From: Candidatus Methanophagales archaeon
GTDB lineage: Archaea > Halobacteriota > Syntropharchaeia > Alkanophagales > Methanospirareceae
Assembly: GCA_023131215.1 (NCBI GenBank)
Contig: JAGLZV010000097.1
Coordinates: 1-47,115 of the forward strand
Length of the DNA: 47,115 bases
Direction of reading: 5' to 3'
Position numbers and translations under genes: made by a program. The notes below the pieces were generated by a model that was given only the letters and a program-made list of their open reading frames with translations, was not told the DNA's origin and ran no database searches. Below are positions 27,456-36,331 of the stretch, piece by piece. Position 1 is the first letter of the stretch. Every line of letters starts with the position of its first letter.

Positions 27456-28247
27456 TCATTCCATCTTATCGAAAATCCGACTCCTTAGATATTCTATAAC
27501 AAGTTTTATTGCCCTCTCTATTGCTACATCCCTTTGCTTAACAATACTATCGCCCCTGTTCAATCGTTCGTCAATAATGCCCGTCACACAAGCGGTGGGA
27601 ATATTAAACAGTCTTCCCATTATAAAAAGCAATGAGCATTCCATGTCCATATTTACCGCACCTAACCTGCTCCAATAAGTCACGGCATCTCTATATCTGG
27701 GCTCATTGGGCTGGTATCCACGAAATCCATCCTTTCTACCCTGACCGGTATAAAGTGTTGCCGTAGAAACGGTAATTCCACTTACATAAGGAATCGCAAG
27801 TTTTTCCGCCATTTGAATCAATTCGTATGTCATCTTGATGTCAGGAACGGCGGGATATTCTGGGTCAGGAATAATTTGTGAAGATGCCCCGTCTAATCTT
27901 ACCGCACCTTCTGAAATAGCGACTTTCCCTGCTGATGCTTCTTTACTTAAACCGCCACATGTGCCAACACGAATTACCCCTTTTAATACCGGCATAATCT
28001 TGAATGCCTCGTCTAACATTATTGAAAGCCCTGGTCCTCCTATTCCATGTGAAATTACTGCTACTTTCGTACCCTGTAACGTTCCCATCCAGGTTCTATA
28101 TTCTCGATTATTACCTATCAGTTCAGAATCGTTTAAATGAGCGGCAATTTTATCTGTTCTCTCTGGGTCTCCACATGTGACCAACCATTGAGCATCACTT
28201 ACATGATTTTTACTGATAGCCAGATGGTATGTAGTTCGCATGTTCAC
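27456..28247 (-). CDS. udp: Nucleoside (uridine) phosphorylase family protein
   Basis: GDPER, NREY, HGIGGPG, IRVGTCG, MDME. Confidence 0.85.
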   Translation of the reverse strand: MNMRTTYHLAISKNHVSDAQWLVTCGDPERTDKIAAHLNDSELIGNNREYRTWMGTLQGTKVAVISHGIGGPGLSIMLDEAFKIMPVLKGVIRVGTCGGLSKEASAGKVAISEGAVRLDGASSQIIPDPEYPAVPDIKMTYELIQMAEKLAIPYVSGITVSTATLYTGQGRKDGFRGYQPNEPRYRDAVTYWSRLGAVNMDMECSLLFIMGRLFNIPTACVTGIIDERLNRGDSIVKQRDVAIERAIKLVIEYLRSRIFDKME

Positions 28248-28280
28248 ACCTTATGTTCTAAAATTTTATAAAGATAAATA

Positions 28281-28328
28281 GCGGATGACGTTCAGAGCAT
28301 ATACGAAATTTCGGTATAGCCGAAATTT
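28281..28328 (-). other. Right half of an attC-like site
   Basis: Minus strand AAATTTCGG-ctata-CCGAAATTTCGTATATGCTCTGAAC-GTCATCCGC, homologous to the 22656 site; left arm replaced by the gene end. Confidence 0.65.
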
Positions 28329-29139
28329 ATTTCCTGCCAACGTATATTCCGTATCCATAGTATTCTAACAAGTTCTTGGGTGTGCCCCGTGCTCCTTTTG
28401 CCATCTCTTTTATTGCTTTTCTGTAAGTCGAATTTTTGAAGTATAATGACAAAAGCCTACCACATGCTTTGAAAATTCCTGTGAAACCTACCATTCTAAT
28501 GTCACTAACGAATTGCCCTAAAAGAGGGAAGTTGTAGGTTTTCACTACGATATCACTCAATCCAGAACCTTCCAACAATTCTTTCCAACCCTCCGAAGTT
28601 TCCGGTTCGACACCACCAGCACTGCGAAATAAATATTCGACTACTTCGGTTGGAGGCAATGTCTTTATCCAAGTTGACTCATTAAGTCCAATGTATCCCC
28701 CTTGCTTTGTTACTCGCACATATTCGCTTATCGCTTCTCGTTTATCTTCTGGAAATGCGGTTGCGGATTCGCTGATTACTGCATCGAAAAGAGCATCCTC
28801 AAAAAGAAGATTTTGTGCATCCGCTACTTGAAATTCAACTCTACCTTCTACGCCCTCTCTTTTTGCTCTTTCAGTTGATCTGGAAATCATTTCTTCATGA
28901 ATGTCTACACCAACCACTCTACAGCCATACTTTTTTGCTATGTAGCAAGCAGTCATTCCAACACCACAACCAACATCCAGGACGTATTTATCCTCGTTTA
29001 TGTGGCATAACTCAATTAGCTCTCTCGTGGCTTTTAAACCTCCTAAATGTTTTGTGAAACCCATCTCAGCTTGCAAATCAAAGTAGGGATTTTCTAATTC
29101 TGAAATCTCTTTTCGTGATGATTGTTTTTTATTTTCCAT
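28327..29139 (-). CDS. Class I SAM-dependent methyltransferase (UbiE/Methyltransf_11-like)
   Basis: HLGGLKATREL, VLDVGCGVG, VVGVDI, ADAQNL.FED..FDAV; start refined to MENKKQ (ORF track 29172). Confidence 0.9.
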   Translation of the reverse strand: MENKKQSSRKEISELENPYFDLQAEMGFTKHLGGLKATRELIELCHINEDKYVLDVGCGVGMTACYIAKKYGCRVVGVDIHEEMISRSTERAKREGVEGRVEFQVADAQNLLFEDALFDAVISESATAFPEDKREAISEYVRVTKQGGYIGLNESTWIKTLPPTEVVEYLFRSAGGVEPETSEGWKELLEGSGLSDIVVKTYNFPLLGQFVSDIRMVGFTGIFKACGRLLSLYFKNSTYRKAIKEMAKGARGTPKNLLEYYGYGIYVGRK

Positions 29140-29293
29140 TTTTTTACACCGCAGTTCCAGATACCACACCACGAATGTTGTTCGCCCAATTTACAGCCGA
29201 TAACACCTACCTGGTGCTTTTGACTGGTACTTGCTGCACAACCCACAATATAGCCCGCAGCACCCACTGAGATTCTTTGCTTCTATCTTTCAT
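29140..29293 (-). pseudogene. Frameshifted, truncated DUF3795-like Cys-rich gene
   Basis: GCCGLYCGLCSKYQSKAPGRC / IGCKLGEQHSWCGIWNCGVKK read across frameshifts; GGAGG RBS just after the attC core. Confidence 0.65.
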
Positions 29294-29318
29294 TCTTTAT
29301 TTCCTCCTGAAGCCGGTT

Positions 29319-29396
29319 GCGTAAAACGTTCTGCGTGTATCTGAAGTCAGCCATAGGCGGGATTTGGGCGGAGCTAGATACTATCTGTTATACGCC
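29319..29396 (-). other. attC-like site closing the toxin-antitoxin cassette
   Basis: Minus strand GGCGTATAAC-agata-GTATCT...AGATAC-acgcagaac-GTTTTACGC. Confidence 0.75.
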
Positions 29397-29409
29397 GTTG
29401 CCTCTTTGT

Positions 29410-29769
29410 TTACCCCCTACTTTCTTCCACAATACGCAAGGTTTTCTCAGTCACAATTATAAAATTATTGACAAGCTTATCTGAATATGAGTCTAATACT
29501 CGCTCTAATACAGCAATTTTATTCTCAGACCGTTCATCTTCTAATCGCAAAAGGATTACGCCTTTGTGTGGTTTTCTCATCCGGAATACAAGCTCACCAA
29601 AATCTTTATCATTGGTAACCAAAATATAGTTCTCAAGATTTGCTTTTTCTATAATGCTCTCATCGTCTAATCCTCGCGCCTCGTCATAAACGGAAAATAC
29701 ATCGTGATGTAATCTCTGCAACCATTTAGCAACTGCGGGACCCGTGCATTCATCGACAAGAAAACGCAT
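29410..29769 (-). CDS. DUF5615 family PIN-like toxin
   Basis: MRFLVDEC...DDESI...ILVTNDKDFGEL. Confidence 0.9.
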   Translation of the reverse strand: MRFLVDECTGPAVAKWLQRLHHDVFSVYDEARGLDDESIIEKANLENYILVTNDKDFGELVFRMRKPHKGVILLRLEDERSENKIAVLERVLDSYSDKLVNNFIIVTEKTLRIVEESRG

Positions 29770-29771
29770 GT

Positions 29772-30017
29772 CTAAACCGCCTCTACTAAAGGCATAAACG
29801 TTGTGTCTTCGAGTGTTTCAGAAGCGTACAACAAACAGGCTAAAATATCCTCCTTTGTCAATCCTTTGTATTCCTGGAGAATTTCATCAACAGTTGCTCC
29901 ATGTGCTAATAGATTCAGAATGTACTGCACTGTTAACCGCGTGCCTCTAATGACCGGTTTTCCTACCATAATTTTAGGGTTTAACGCAATTCGTTCAAGT
30001 AATTGATTTTGCTCCAT
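29772..30017 (-). CDS. DUF433 family antitoxin
   Basis: NPKIMVGKPVIRGTRLTV...LTKEDILACLLYA. Confidence 0.92.
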   Translation of the reverse strand: MEQNQLLERIALNPKIMVGKPVIRGTRLTVQYILNLLAHGATVDEILQEYKGLTKEDILACLLYASETLEDTTFMPLVEAV

Positions 30018-30066
30018 TTTTATCTCCCATTATATTTTGTAAGTCATTCTACTATATAAAGGTGAT

Positions 30067-30106
30067 GGCGTATAACGTTGTATATCCGAACATGGTTCGC
30101 ATATAC
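30067..30106 (-). other. attI-like site, copy B
   Basis: Minus strand GTATATGCGAAC-CAT-GTTCGGATATAC inverted repeat then AAC-GTTATACGCC, about 30 bp past the integrase remnant stop. Confidence 0.7.
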
Positions 30107-30132
30107 ATCCCTCTGGTCGAACTTCTCCATCT

Positions 30133-30219
30133 TCAATCATCTCCCCCTCCTTTTATTTGTAAACTATCCAATGGACTTTTAATCTTACCTATATCCTTAT
30201 TACCTACATGAGTATATAT
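30133..30219 (-). pseudogene. intI: C-terminal remnant of an integron-type tyrosine recombinase
   Basis: Reads IYTHVGNKDIGKIKSPLDSLQIKGGGDD*; contains the catalytic Tyr motif YTHV and the SPLD tail; in-frame stop immediately upstream. Confidence 0.75.
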
Positions 30220-30245
30220 CTATTCGAAAAAGAAGCAATAGCGAA

Positions 30246-30269
30246 GCAGCATATCCACCTGTTATACGG
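30246..30269 (-). other. Left half of an attC-like site downstream of the HNH gene
   Basis: Minus strand CCGTATAAC-aggtg-GATATGCTGC; no right arm visible. Confidence 0.55.
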
Positions 30270-30314
30270 TAGCACGCAAGAACTATTATTGCCCTTGAAC
30301 ATCATTATTTCAGT

Positions 30315-31694
30315 TCATTGTTTTCCGGCAACCAATAGCTTCGGTACATAAGGATTGAACCAAGAACTGAAGTCAACACAATCAGAAGCAATGGCATAGA
30401 TGCGCTTGTACGTAGAATCGTTCTTACGTTTAAGTGCATCGACGACGGAAAACAGCAAATCTCTAATTCCTTCTGGCTGTTGACGACGCAGGCCAAGGAG
30501 AAGTACAAGTGAACGTACAAGGTATGCGAGAGCGCTATCTACTTCGTTAGGGTTCTGAGCAGATTTGAGCACCAGTTGACCATACAATGAAAGATGCGTA
30601 GCACGAAAGCCTGCATCCCATCCGTTTGAAATATCCATGCTCTGCCAGTTCTCATATGCTTTGTCCCAGCGCTTGCAAGCAGCTTCGAGATTGCCCTGTG
30701 CAAGATCTGTTTTGATCAAATGAACGAGACCGTTGTGCTCCCATCGTCGCGCGTGTCTGTATTCGTCCCTGAGATTGAGCGATGCACCTTCCTCGATTGC
30801 ACCTTCGAGATCTATTGCTGCCATCTGAGCATGGCTCAACGCTTGAGTGAGCTCTTGACGGATCTTATCCCAAGACCATCCACTTTCGGTTCCGGAAAAG
30901 CGCATTATGCAGCTCGATTGAGCCAATAGAGCGGTATGTGCTGCCCAACGCCAACGATTCTCAGGTATCGTGATATTCGACTCAAGAATTTTTCTTCCTT
31001 TGAAGAAATCGGAAAAGGCGTCATCGAGCTGACCGCTCAGAAGTTCAATGTAGGCTTTTTCATAGAAGTATCTCGCTTTCAGAGAATCAGTTCGCGGGCT
31101 TTCGGGATGGACCTTTATAATCTCGTTCCATGCACGCCCGAGTGCATTCTTCCTGGCTCTCCTACGAGTGAGTTCAGCGATCTGAAGTTGCAGGAGGCAC
31201 CATGCTTCGCTATCAGTCGGTTCGGACTTTTGCTGGGTCCTTAGATTACCCAATTCTTTTCTTAGATGCCCCTGCTGTTGTGGCCGAGGGCCGTAATCAG
31301 CTCGCAACTGCGTCATGCGTATTCGAGTTATGGGTGGTTTGCCTGCTATCCAACGCTCTCGGCATTCACGCATATTCACTATGGAGCAACAGCCTTGATC
31401 GTAGAGGGTGTGGCAACCCGGCTCGGAGTCGCCTAAGTTCTCCGTGCAAAGAAGCAATAGATTCTCCTCAATCGTTATTGCACATTCGGAGAGTGGTGAG
31501 ATATGGGCTACTTCAAGACGACGTACTTCTGGTGGTGTACGGCCGCAAGCGGCACATTTTTTCGGTTGCAATTGCTGTCGCATCCTCCTTCTGGCAGATC
31601 TTTCCCGCTTTTTTATATCGTACAAGTCAACAAGGCGGCTGTAGTCAGTACCCAAGGCCTTACGGATTTCATACGCTGTTCTAAGAACGTTCAT
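30315..31694 (-). CDS. HNH endonuclease fused to a TPR-like helical domain
   Basis: CAACG...LEVAHISP...ENLLLLC...CHTLYDQG; helical repeat-like C-terminal part; visibly higher GC than neighbours. Confidence 0.75.
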   Translation of the reverse strand: MNVLRTAYEIRKALGTDYSRLVDLYDIKKRERSARRRMRQQLQPKKCAACGRTPPEVRRLEVAHISPLSECAITIEENLLLLCTENLGDSEPGCHTLYDQGCCSIVNMRECRERWIAGKPPITRIRMTQLRADYGPRPQQQGHLRKELGNLRTQQKSEPTDSEAWCLLQLQIAELTRRRARKNALGRAWNEIIKVHPESPRTDSLKARYFYEKAYIELLSGQLDDAFSDFFKGRKILESNITIPENRWRWAAHTALLAQSSCIMRFSGTESGWSWDKIRQELTQALSHAQMAAIDLEGAIEEGASLNLRDEYRHARRWEHNGLVHLIKTDLAQGNLEAACKRWDKAYENWQSMDISNGWDAGFRATHLSLYGQLVLKSAQNPNEVDSALAYLVRSLVLLLGLRRQQPEGIRDLLFSVVDALKRKNDSTYKRIYAIASDCVDFSSWFNPYVPKLLVAGKQ

Positions 31695-31885
31695 AGCAAA
31701 TACTCCCGATTAGCTAGACACTTCTGGTCACTTAGAGAAAACTTTGACCATACTTCATCATCATTTCCAACACATGAACTTTTGAATATTAAATCTGAAG
31801 TACTTCGCTATATTTAAGTATTTCTATCACCAAATCATCATTTGAAGGGACTGCCCTAATTTGCGATTAATTTTTCCATGCAACA

Positions 31886-33268
31886 ATGATGAAAGAGAAA
31901 GAAGAGATAAAAAGGATATGTGAAGAGGTCATAGAGAGAATAAGACCGGCTAAGGAAGAGAGGAGGAAAGTAAAAGCTGTAACAGACCTTATAATCGCGA
32001 AAATAAACAAGAAAGCAGTAGAAATGGGTATAGAAGCCCATGCAATCTCCGTAGGGTCAACCGCAAGAAATACATGGGTAAGTGGCGAAGCGGACATAGA
32101 CATATTCATCATGTTTCCTGCGGATGTGTCAGAAGAGTATTTAAAAGAGAAGGGTCTTGCTCTCGCAAAAAGCATTTCTGATAGATATGAGGAAAGATAT
32201 GCCTCGCATCCTTATATTCACGCTTATTTTTATGATGCAGAAGGAACAGAGCACGAGGCGGACCTGGTGCCCTGCTTTTCGGTAAAAGACGCATCGGGGT
32301 TGAAATCCGCAGTTGACAGGACTCCTTTTCATAATGAATATATTACGGAGAGAATACCTGGGCTGGAAGAGGAAGTGCTACTGTTAAAACGATTTTTGAA
32401 ATCCGCGGGAATTTATGGCTCTGAGCAAAGACGAAAAGGCTTCTCTGGCTATCTTTGCGAACTCCTCATCCTTAGATATTCCTCTTTCGTCGAGCTATTG
32501 AGAAACGCATCGAAGTGGAAATATGGCGAAAGAATAGATATCGAAGGTCGTGGAAAATACAAAGGGGAAGGAAAAGACCCACTTATTGTAATAGACCCCG
32601 TTGATCCGAACAGGAATGTAGCGGCTGCGGTATCTTTGGATTCTTTTTGCAGGTTAATAGATGCGGCGAGGGATTTTTTGGCGTGTCCTGATGCGAGTTT
32701 CTTCACCATGGAGAAGAAAAAAGAGATGAGCAGGGCTGAATTTGTAAAACTTGTGAAAGAAAGAGGAACAGAGTTCGTAATGGTGCTGTTTGAAGCGCCT
32801 GACGTGGTGGAAGACATATTATTTCCACAGTTGAGAAAAGCAGAAGCATCTGTCACAAGTCTGATAGAAAGAAATGGATTCAGGATATATCGAAGTGATG
32901 TTTCGGTGGAAGGCGACAAAGCGTTTTTGATATTCGAGCTGCTCGTTTGGAATCTCCCAAAAGTAAAAAAGCATGCAGGTCCTCCAGTTACTTCAAAATA
33001 CCATTCTGAGCAGTTCAAAAGCAAATACAAACCCTTTTCTTTCGGAAAAAGAATTGAAAACGGAAGGTATGTGGTAGAGGTAAAGAGAAAATATACGGGT
33101 GCCGTGGAATTGCTGAAGAGCGAGCTGAGATCATGCAGTTTGGGAAAACACGTTTCAGAATCAGTAGATAGGGGGTATGAGGTTTTAAGAAACGAGGAGA
33201 TAAGGTTTTTTGAGGGCGTTGGCTCTTTCTTCAGTGACTATTTTAGCTTTGGCTTTAGCACGGTTTAG
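31886..33268 (+). CDS. cca: Archaeal CCA-adding enzyme
   Basis: VGSTARNTW..GEADIDIF, YASHPY, SAVDRTPFH, GFSGYLCEL, DPVDPNRNVAAA. Confidence 0.97.
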   Translation: MMKEKEEIKRICEEVIERIRPAKEERRKVKAVTDLIIAKINKKAVEMGIEAHAISVGSTARNTWVSGEADIDIFIMFPADVSEEYLKEKGLALAKSISDRYEERYASHPYIHAYFYDAEGTEHEADLVPCFSVKDASGLKSAVDRTPFHNEYITERIPGLEEEVLLLKRFLKSAGIYGSEQRRKGFSGYLCELLILRYSSFVELLRNASKWKYGERIDIEGRGKYKGEGKDPLIVIDPVDPNRNVAAAVSLDSFCRLIDAARDFLACPDASFFTMEKKKEMSRAEFVKLVKERGTEFVMVLFEAPDVVEDILFPQLRKAEASVTSLIERNGFRIYRSDVSVEGDKAFLIFELLVWNLPKVKKHAGPPVTSKYHSEQFKSKYKPFSFGKRIENGRYVVEVKRKYTGAVELLKSELRSCSLGKHVSESVDRGYEVLRNEEIRFFEGVGSFFSDYFSFGFSTV

Positions 33269-33337
33269 TTTACAATTTATTGTGAGATAGCTATCTTGTA
33301 AAAACGAAATTAAGATACAACTTCGAAATGAGGGAAA

Positions 33338-34501
33338 ATGGGCAGAAGTTCTCGTGAGATGGTTGTAAAGGTCGTCCTTCTGGGTGTAGTGCTGGCGGCT
33401 GTCTCCTTATGTATTTGGTATTACAGTATCCCAACTGAGAGCGACATCCTTGTTCTCGATAAAAGTGTCTTGACCGTGATTTTAGATGACATCCCTGCTA
33501 CCAAGAAAGATGCTATATCTCTGGCACAGGAACGGATTATTAATGCCACTGGCGTTCCGAAACGAAGTTTTGACAGATATTTCACGCTGATAGACACATC
33601 TCACACACAATTTCAATGGCAACTCGTGTACAACGTGACGGGTAACCCTGACTTCACCGTTTTTTTAGTGAAAAAGATACTTCTGGAAGAAGGTTTCGGC
33701 ATCTCGGACAAATATATTGTGGGCATGGTTGGAAGAGATTATTTCGATGCACATTTCAAAAGGAAGTCATTCGAGTCGAACATCGCCTACTACTCTTACA
33801 TCTACGGATACTCACACAACCCAGGTGCAGGTGACTTTGAGCTGTCTATGTGGGTCAGACTTGGAAACGACAGAAGTGTGATTGGACAGCATGTGGTCAC
33901 CACGCCGCAAGAGATTACTGTGAGCAGGGAGCAGGCGATAGATATCGGGAGGGAGAATGGGCTGAAAGACCCTCTGTCAGGTGCTCCTGTTCTGGTTGGC
34001 GGAATAATCTGCTGGAGAGTCGTATGGCAGCATACTCCAACCGCGCGGGACTACGATAATCAGACAGTTTACGGGTTTGATGTCCACTGCACTACTGGAG
34101 AGGTGATAGGCGAGCACAGGTATATTCGACCAACTCCCGCACCACCTCCGCCCATACAGACCGGTCAGATTACGTCCCTCATCGAAAAACTGGGATTTGA
34201 GGACGTAGAAGACGGTGCCATGATACAGGTGAACGTCATGAACAGCGTAGATGAGACGTTTTCCGTTGTTAAAACATTTGGAAGAACAGTTGTGAAAGAG
34301 GGAACAATCGAGAATGCTGACCTTACTCTGTGGATAGACCGCGACATCATCCTGAATGCACTTAAAAGCGATGATGTGGTGAGCTATTTACAGGACAACG
34401 CAACCAGCAGAAACGTAATCGTAGAGCTTCACAAGAACATGGTTCTACTGCAGAAAAAAGGATACATGAGCCTGTACGAAAGAGTGAAAAAAGGTGCGTG
34501 A
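33338..34501 (+). CDS. Hypothetical membrane-anchored/secreted protein
   Basis: N-terminal TM helix, PepSY-like segment (SREQAIDI...W.V...DVHCTTGEVI), Pro-rich linker. Confidence 0.7.
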   Translation: MGRSSREMVVKVVLLGVVLAAVSLCIWYYSIPTESDILVLDKSVLTVILDDIPATKKDAISLAQERIINATGVPKRSFDRYFTLIDTSHTQFQWQLVYNVTGNPDFTVFLVKKILLEEGFGISDKYIVGMVGRDYFDAHFKRKSFESNIAYYSYIYGYSHNPGAGDFELSMWVRLGNDRSVIGQHVVTTPQEITVSREQAIDIGRENGLKDPLSGAPVLVGGIICWRVVWQHTPTARDYDNQTVYGFDVHCTTGEVIGEHRYIRPTPAPPPPIQTGQITSLIEKLGFEDVEDGAMIQVNVMNSVDETFSVVKTFGRTVVKEGTIENADLTLWIDRDIILNALKSDDVVSYLQDNATSRNVIVELHKNMVLLQKKGYMSLYERVKKGA

Positions 34502-34518
34502 TAAGGGCATCCTCCTCC

Positions 34519-34662
34519 AAAAAATCACAAACTCCAAGCATCAAAATCCAAACAATATCAAATATCAAAATTCCAATATCCAAAACCAGAAACTCCATGT
34601 TTTGATTTTTGGATTTAGAATTTGGGATTTATTTGTGATTTAGTGTTTGGGATTTGGATTTT
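34519..34662. repeat. Long imperfect inverted repeat of 7-mer units between convergent genes
   Basis: AAATCAC/AAACTCC/AAATATC units mirrored by GATTTAG/AATTTGG/GATTTGG units. Confidence 0.8.
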
Positions 34663-34682
34663 TCTGCTCTTTATTGAGCATG

Positions 34683-35450
34683 TTACATAATCCTCTTGCA
34701 CACCTCAAGGTAAACCTCCGAAAGATCCCCTTTTCCTTCCCTGAAAACGTCCTTATCCAAACTTATTATTTCGCCTCTTTTTTCGTATGTTTCCTTATCC
34801 CAGAACCTGCACACATCCGGTGTGCCAACCTCATCCGCAAGAATTATACCCTCTCCTTCTTTGCTTCTACCATATTCCAGCTTAAAGTCCGCCAATATTA
34901 TTCCCCTTTGGGTCAAATAAGACTTCATTATACCCCCAATCCTTCTCGTCTCCCTTTTTATATGTTCTATTTCACCTCTGTCCATCCAACCTCTTTCTAT
35001 TATCTCTTCCTCTGTTATCGGTCGATCAACGCTTTCGAACTTAGTGGTAAATTCCAAAAAGCTCTTGGTTAGAGGCATCCCTTCTCTCTTTTCTTCTTGC
35101 ACGAAAAAATCGCCGCTTATATCCACCTCACCTTTTTCATACCTTTTCCATAAAGACCCATACAGGAAGTTCCGAGCTATTACCTCCACCGGCAAAAGAC
35201 TCACTTCCTCCGCCACTAACTCGTTTTGTGGCACATATTCCTTGAAATGTGTTTTTATTCCCTCGGCTTGCAGGAGCTCAAACCAGAAACATGATAATTT
35301 ACAGCAAATTTCCCCTTTGTTCTTAAAGGATGCTTTTTTCCTGCCATCAAACGCGGTAACTCTATCGGTAAATACGAAAACAATATCACCGTTGGGTCTT
35401 CGATAAATGTCCTTCGCTTTTCCACTTCTTATGTACTTTGCCTCGTTCAT
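34683..35450 (-). CDS. purC: SAICAR synthetase
   Basis: SGKAKDIY, FTDRVTAFDG, PVEVIARN, LADFKLEYG, LADEVGTPD.CRFWD. Confidence 0.97.
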   Translation of the reverse strand: MNEAKYIRSGKAKDIYRRPNGDIVFVFTDRVTAFDGRKKASFKNKGEICCKLSCFWFELLQAEGIKTHFKEYVPQNELVAEEVSLLPVEVIARNFLYGSLWKRYEKGEVDISGDFFVQEEKREGMPLTKSFLEFTTKFESVDRPITEEEIIERGWMDRGEIEHIKRETRRIGGIMKSYLTQRGIILADFKLEYGRSKEGEGIILADEVGTPDVCRFWDKETYEKRGEIISLDKDVFREGKGDLSEVYLEVCKRIM

Positions 35451-35541
35451 GTGCTTTTCACATATAAATTACCAGTCTATTTTAAATATACCGATTAATA
35501 ACATACCTATTTATACCTATACATAAGATGGAAGAAAAAAA

Positions 35542-36114
35542 ATGAGAACAGCAAGCATAAAAAGGAAGACAAAAGAAACGAATATCGAAGTAGAATTGAA
35601 CCTTGACGGTGTCGGGACGCAGGACATAAGTACAACGATAAAATTCTTTGACCACATGCTCGCAGCTTTTTCAAAACATGGATTTTTTGATCTGGTTGTG
35701 AAGGCAGAGGGGGACTTGAGCCACCACGTCATAGAAGACACCGGGATTGTGTTAGGTGAGGCGTTTAAAAAAGCAATTGGAGGAGTTGAATCTGAGGAAA
35801 GAGAAAAGACCGTGAGGTTTGGCTATGCAATTGTACCGATGGACGAGTCCATTGCAAGATGCGCAGTGGACATAGGGGGTATAGGAGGAGAAGGGAGAAG
35901 TTATAGCGTGTTCGAGGCGGATTTCGGTAAAGAAAGAGTAGAGGATATTAACACTGAGAACATACCACATTTCATCAATTCTTTTGCCATGCATGCAAAC
36001 TTCACCATTCACGTGTATGCAAAGGGTGAGAACGAGCACCACAAGATAGAAGCGATTTTTAAAGCCCTGGGAGTTGCATTAGACAAGGCAACGAGGATGG
36101 AAGAAAGAAGGTAA
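35542..36114 (+). CDS. hisB: Imidazoleglycerol-phosphate dehydratase
   Basis: RKTKET, FFDHML, HHVIED, PMDE, NEHHKIEAIFKA. Confidence 0.97.
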   Translation: MRTASIKRKTKETNIEVELNLDGVGTQDISTTIKFFDHMLAAFSKHGFFDLVVKAEGDLSHHVIEDTGIVLGEAFKKAIGGVESEEREKTVRFGYAIVPMDESIARCAVDIGGIGGEGRSYSVFEADFGKERVEDINTENIPHFINSFAMHANFTIHVYAKGENEHHKIEAIFKALGVALDKATRMEERR

Positions 36115-36171
36115 GCGAAGGAGAGCAAGCACGAAATCTATTGAAGTAGCAATAAGATTGTGGTAAAGTTA

Positions 36172-36318
36172 TTTCTTTGATCAAACTTTCTTTACACTTT
36201 TTCTTTTTACAAAACACTTTCTTTCTAAAGAAAGAACCTGTGCTAAGAAAGAGTATAATTCTTTTGGTAAAGCTTTTCTTTCTAAGAAAAGGTTTTTAGT
36301 CAAGGTTTTTACCGGAGG
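36172..36318. repeat. AT-rich palindromic intergenic repeat cluster
   Basis: TTTCTTTGATCAAACTTTC, AACCTGTGCTAA and TTTTGGTAAAGCTTT units, inverted relative to 14391-14565. Confidence 0.75.
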
Positions 36319-36331
36319 TAAAAAAGTTGAA

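Larger units (their letters stand above)
22656..30269 (-). mobile_element. Decayed integron-like gene cassette array (integrase remnants, attI-like and attC-like sites)
   Basis: Integrase C-terminal remnant at 30133-30219, attI-like sites at 27145 and 30067, attC-like sites at 22656, 28281, 29319 and 30246; all cargo genes co-oriented on the minus strand. Confidence 0.75.
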
